Below are positions 62,793 to 64,000 of a stretch of 64,000 nt of DNA, piece by piece. The stretch spans positions 13,516,001 to 13,580,000 of the forward strand of contig OY740814.1 in assembly GCA_963514005.1 (NCBI GenBank), read 5' to 3'. Each line of letters begins with the position of its first letter. Position 1 is the stretch's first letter. A model generated the notes under the pieces. That model saw only the letters and a list, made by a program, of their open reading frames with translations. It ran no database searches and was not told where the DNA came from. Made by a program: the position numbers and the translations under genes. Source of the stretch: Raja brachyura (lineage: Eukaryota).

Positions 62793-64000
62793 CTGCAAAG
62801 GAAAACAAAGGTTTACTGTAAATGCCAAGCGAAACACAAGGGCTCGTGTGAGAGCCACATGCTGCACACCTCCCACAGCTGGACTGAAGGTGAGCAATAG
62901 GTCCCAAGTGCTTATGTTGATAAAATCTTTCACCCTCCTGTCAGAGCAGGTTCTGGAGGAGCCTTCCTCATCACTGTAACATCTGCCTTGTCCCAGGTGT
63001 GGTCCAGGCCCCCCCCCCCCCCCCCCCGCAAGACTGCCAGTTCCTCCACCCAACCCAAATGGCAGGTCTTTGAGGAAAGAAAGATGCCACAAGCACACCC
63101 AACAGCTTCCGAAAATTAGCAGCTCAGTTCCAATTTCAACCATGCTTGAAATGACTAGAATTACTATCTAATAACAAAAATCACAGCTGGGAAACAAAAA
63201 TGCACTGCATGGAAGGAGGAATTTATTTTGAAGAGGTTCTACAACCACTAAATTCAGGTCAGGAACACCACACATCCACCCGCATACACCACATGCCAAG
63301 ATGTTTGGCCAGTCATATGCCCAACTTGCAGGTGAGCTGGCAATTCATGGGATGGTGTTTGGCACTAGACGTACAGTTGGTGCAAGAACTGACCAGGACG
63401 GCAAGTTCCAAGACAAGACATGGCTCGGAGGAGAGAAACACTTAGATTGTTTGGGAAAGAGCAGATTCAGTTCACTGGACTACTGTCTCTCGTTGCATGG
63501 GATCTTCTACTGCAAAGATACTGAATGCAGTTTTCTTCACCAGCTGGCATGCAGCCACATTATTTGAATGCATTTGAGCTGCTGGTGATGAAGACTCAGC
63601 CTGCTCCAGGCATTTAGACATACTTGTTCTCTGTGGATGAACTGGCTCAGTGAACAGTGAACAGTGTTTCCATTACCAGAACAAACTATTGATTAGTGCC
63701 TGAAGAGTGCAGCAAAATAGGTCCACAATGTTCATTGCAAAATCTCCTCCCATGTTTAACCTCTGTGCTTCATACCGGGGTTGGGAAAGTAGCTATAACC
63801 AATACAGCATGGGAAGGGGTTCCTCAATTTACCCACTATGCTTCATGTGAAACTGAATGTAGACAAAGGTCATTCCTCAGACATTAGCAGCACTGAGCAA
63901 TCCATCATTCGGTGCCATCTTGTAAATGGAAATCAAAATCAAAAGAAAACTGATTGCAAATCTAAAACATAATAAAATGCAGGAAATACTCAGCGAGTAT

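Overview
Eukaryotic vertebrate genomic DNA. The repeat families (CR1 LINEs, a tRNA-derived SINE with a CR1 tail, Penelope-like repeats) suggest a cartilaginous fish, probably a skate or ray; this is inference. Four spliced genes were reconstructed by hand with GT-AG boundaries and consistent phase. (1) HOMER2-like on +, coding exons 2-9 at 5391-16728; exon 1 was not found. (2) WHAMM on -, 10 coding exons at 21879-32375, about 747 aa, with a CpG-rich promoter carrying three CRE motifs. (3) FSD2 on +, 12 coding exons at 35506-53859 including a 23-nt micro-exon, about 790 aa. (4) The last three exons of a PDE8A-like gene on -, 59902-62792. Introns are dense in CR1, Rex1/Babar-like, L1, SINE and Penelope-like fragments. 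Most notable points: AP3B2/CPEB1/RPS17 are missing between FSD2 and PDE8A and the proteins are divergent, so this could be a separate 2R ohnolog cluster. A fold-back THAP DNA transposon contains a nested element with a 7-bp TSD. A family of palindromic Penelope-derived insertions carries hammerhead-like cores, and one copy apparently transduced local intronic DNA. HOMER intron 1 holds a ~260-bp inverted repeat. Comparisons to human and mouse genes are from memory; no searches were run.
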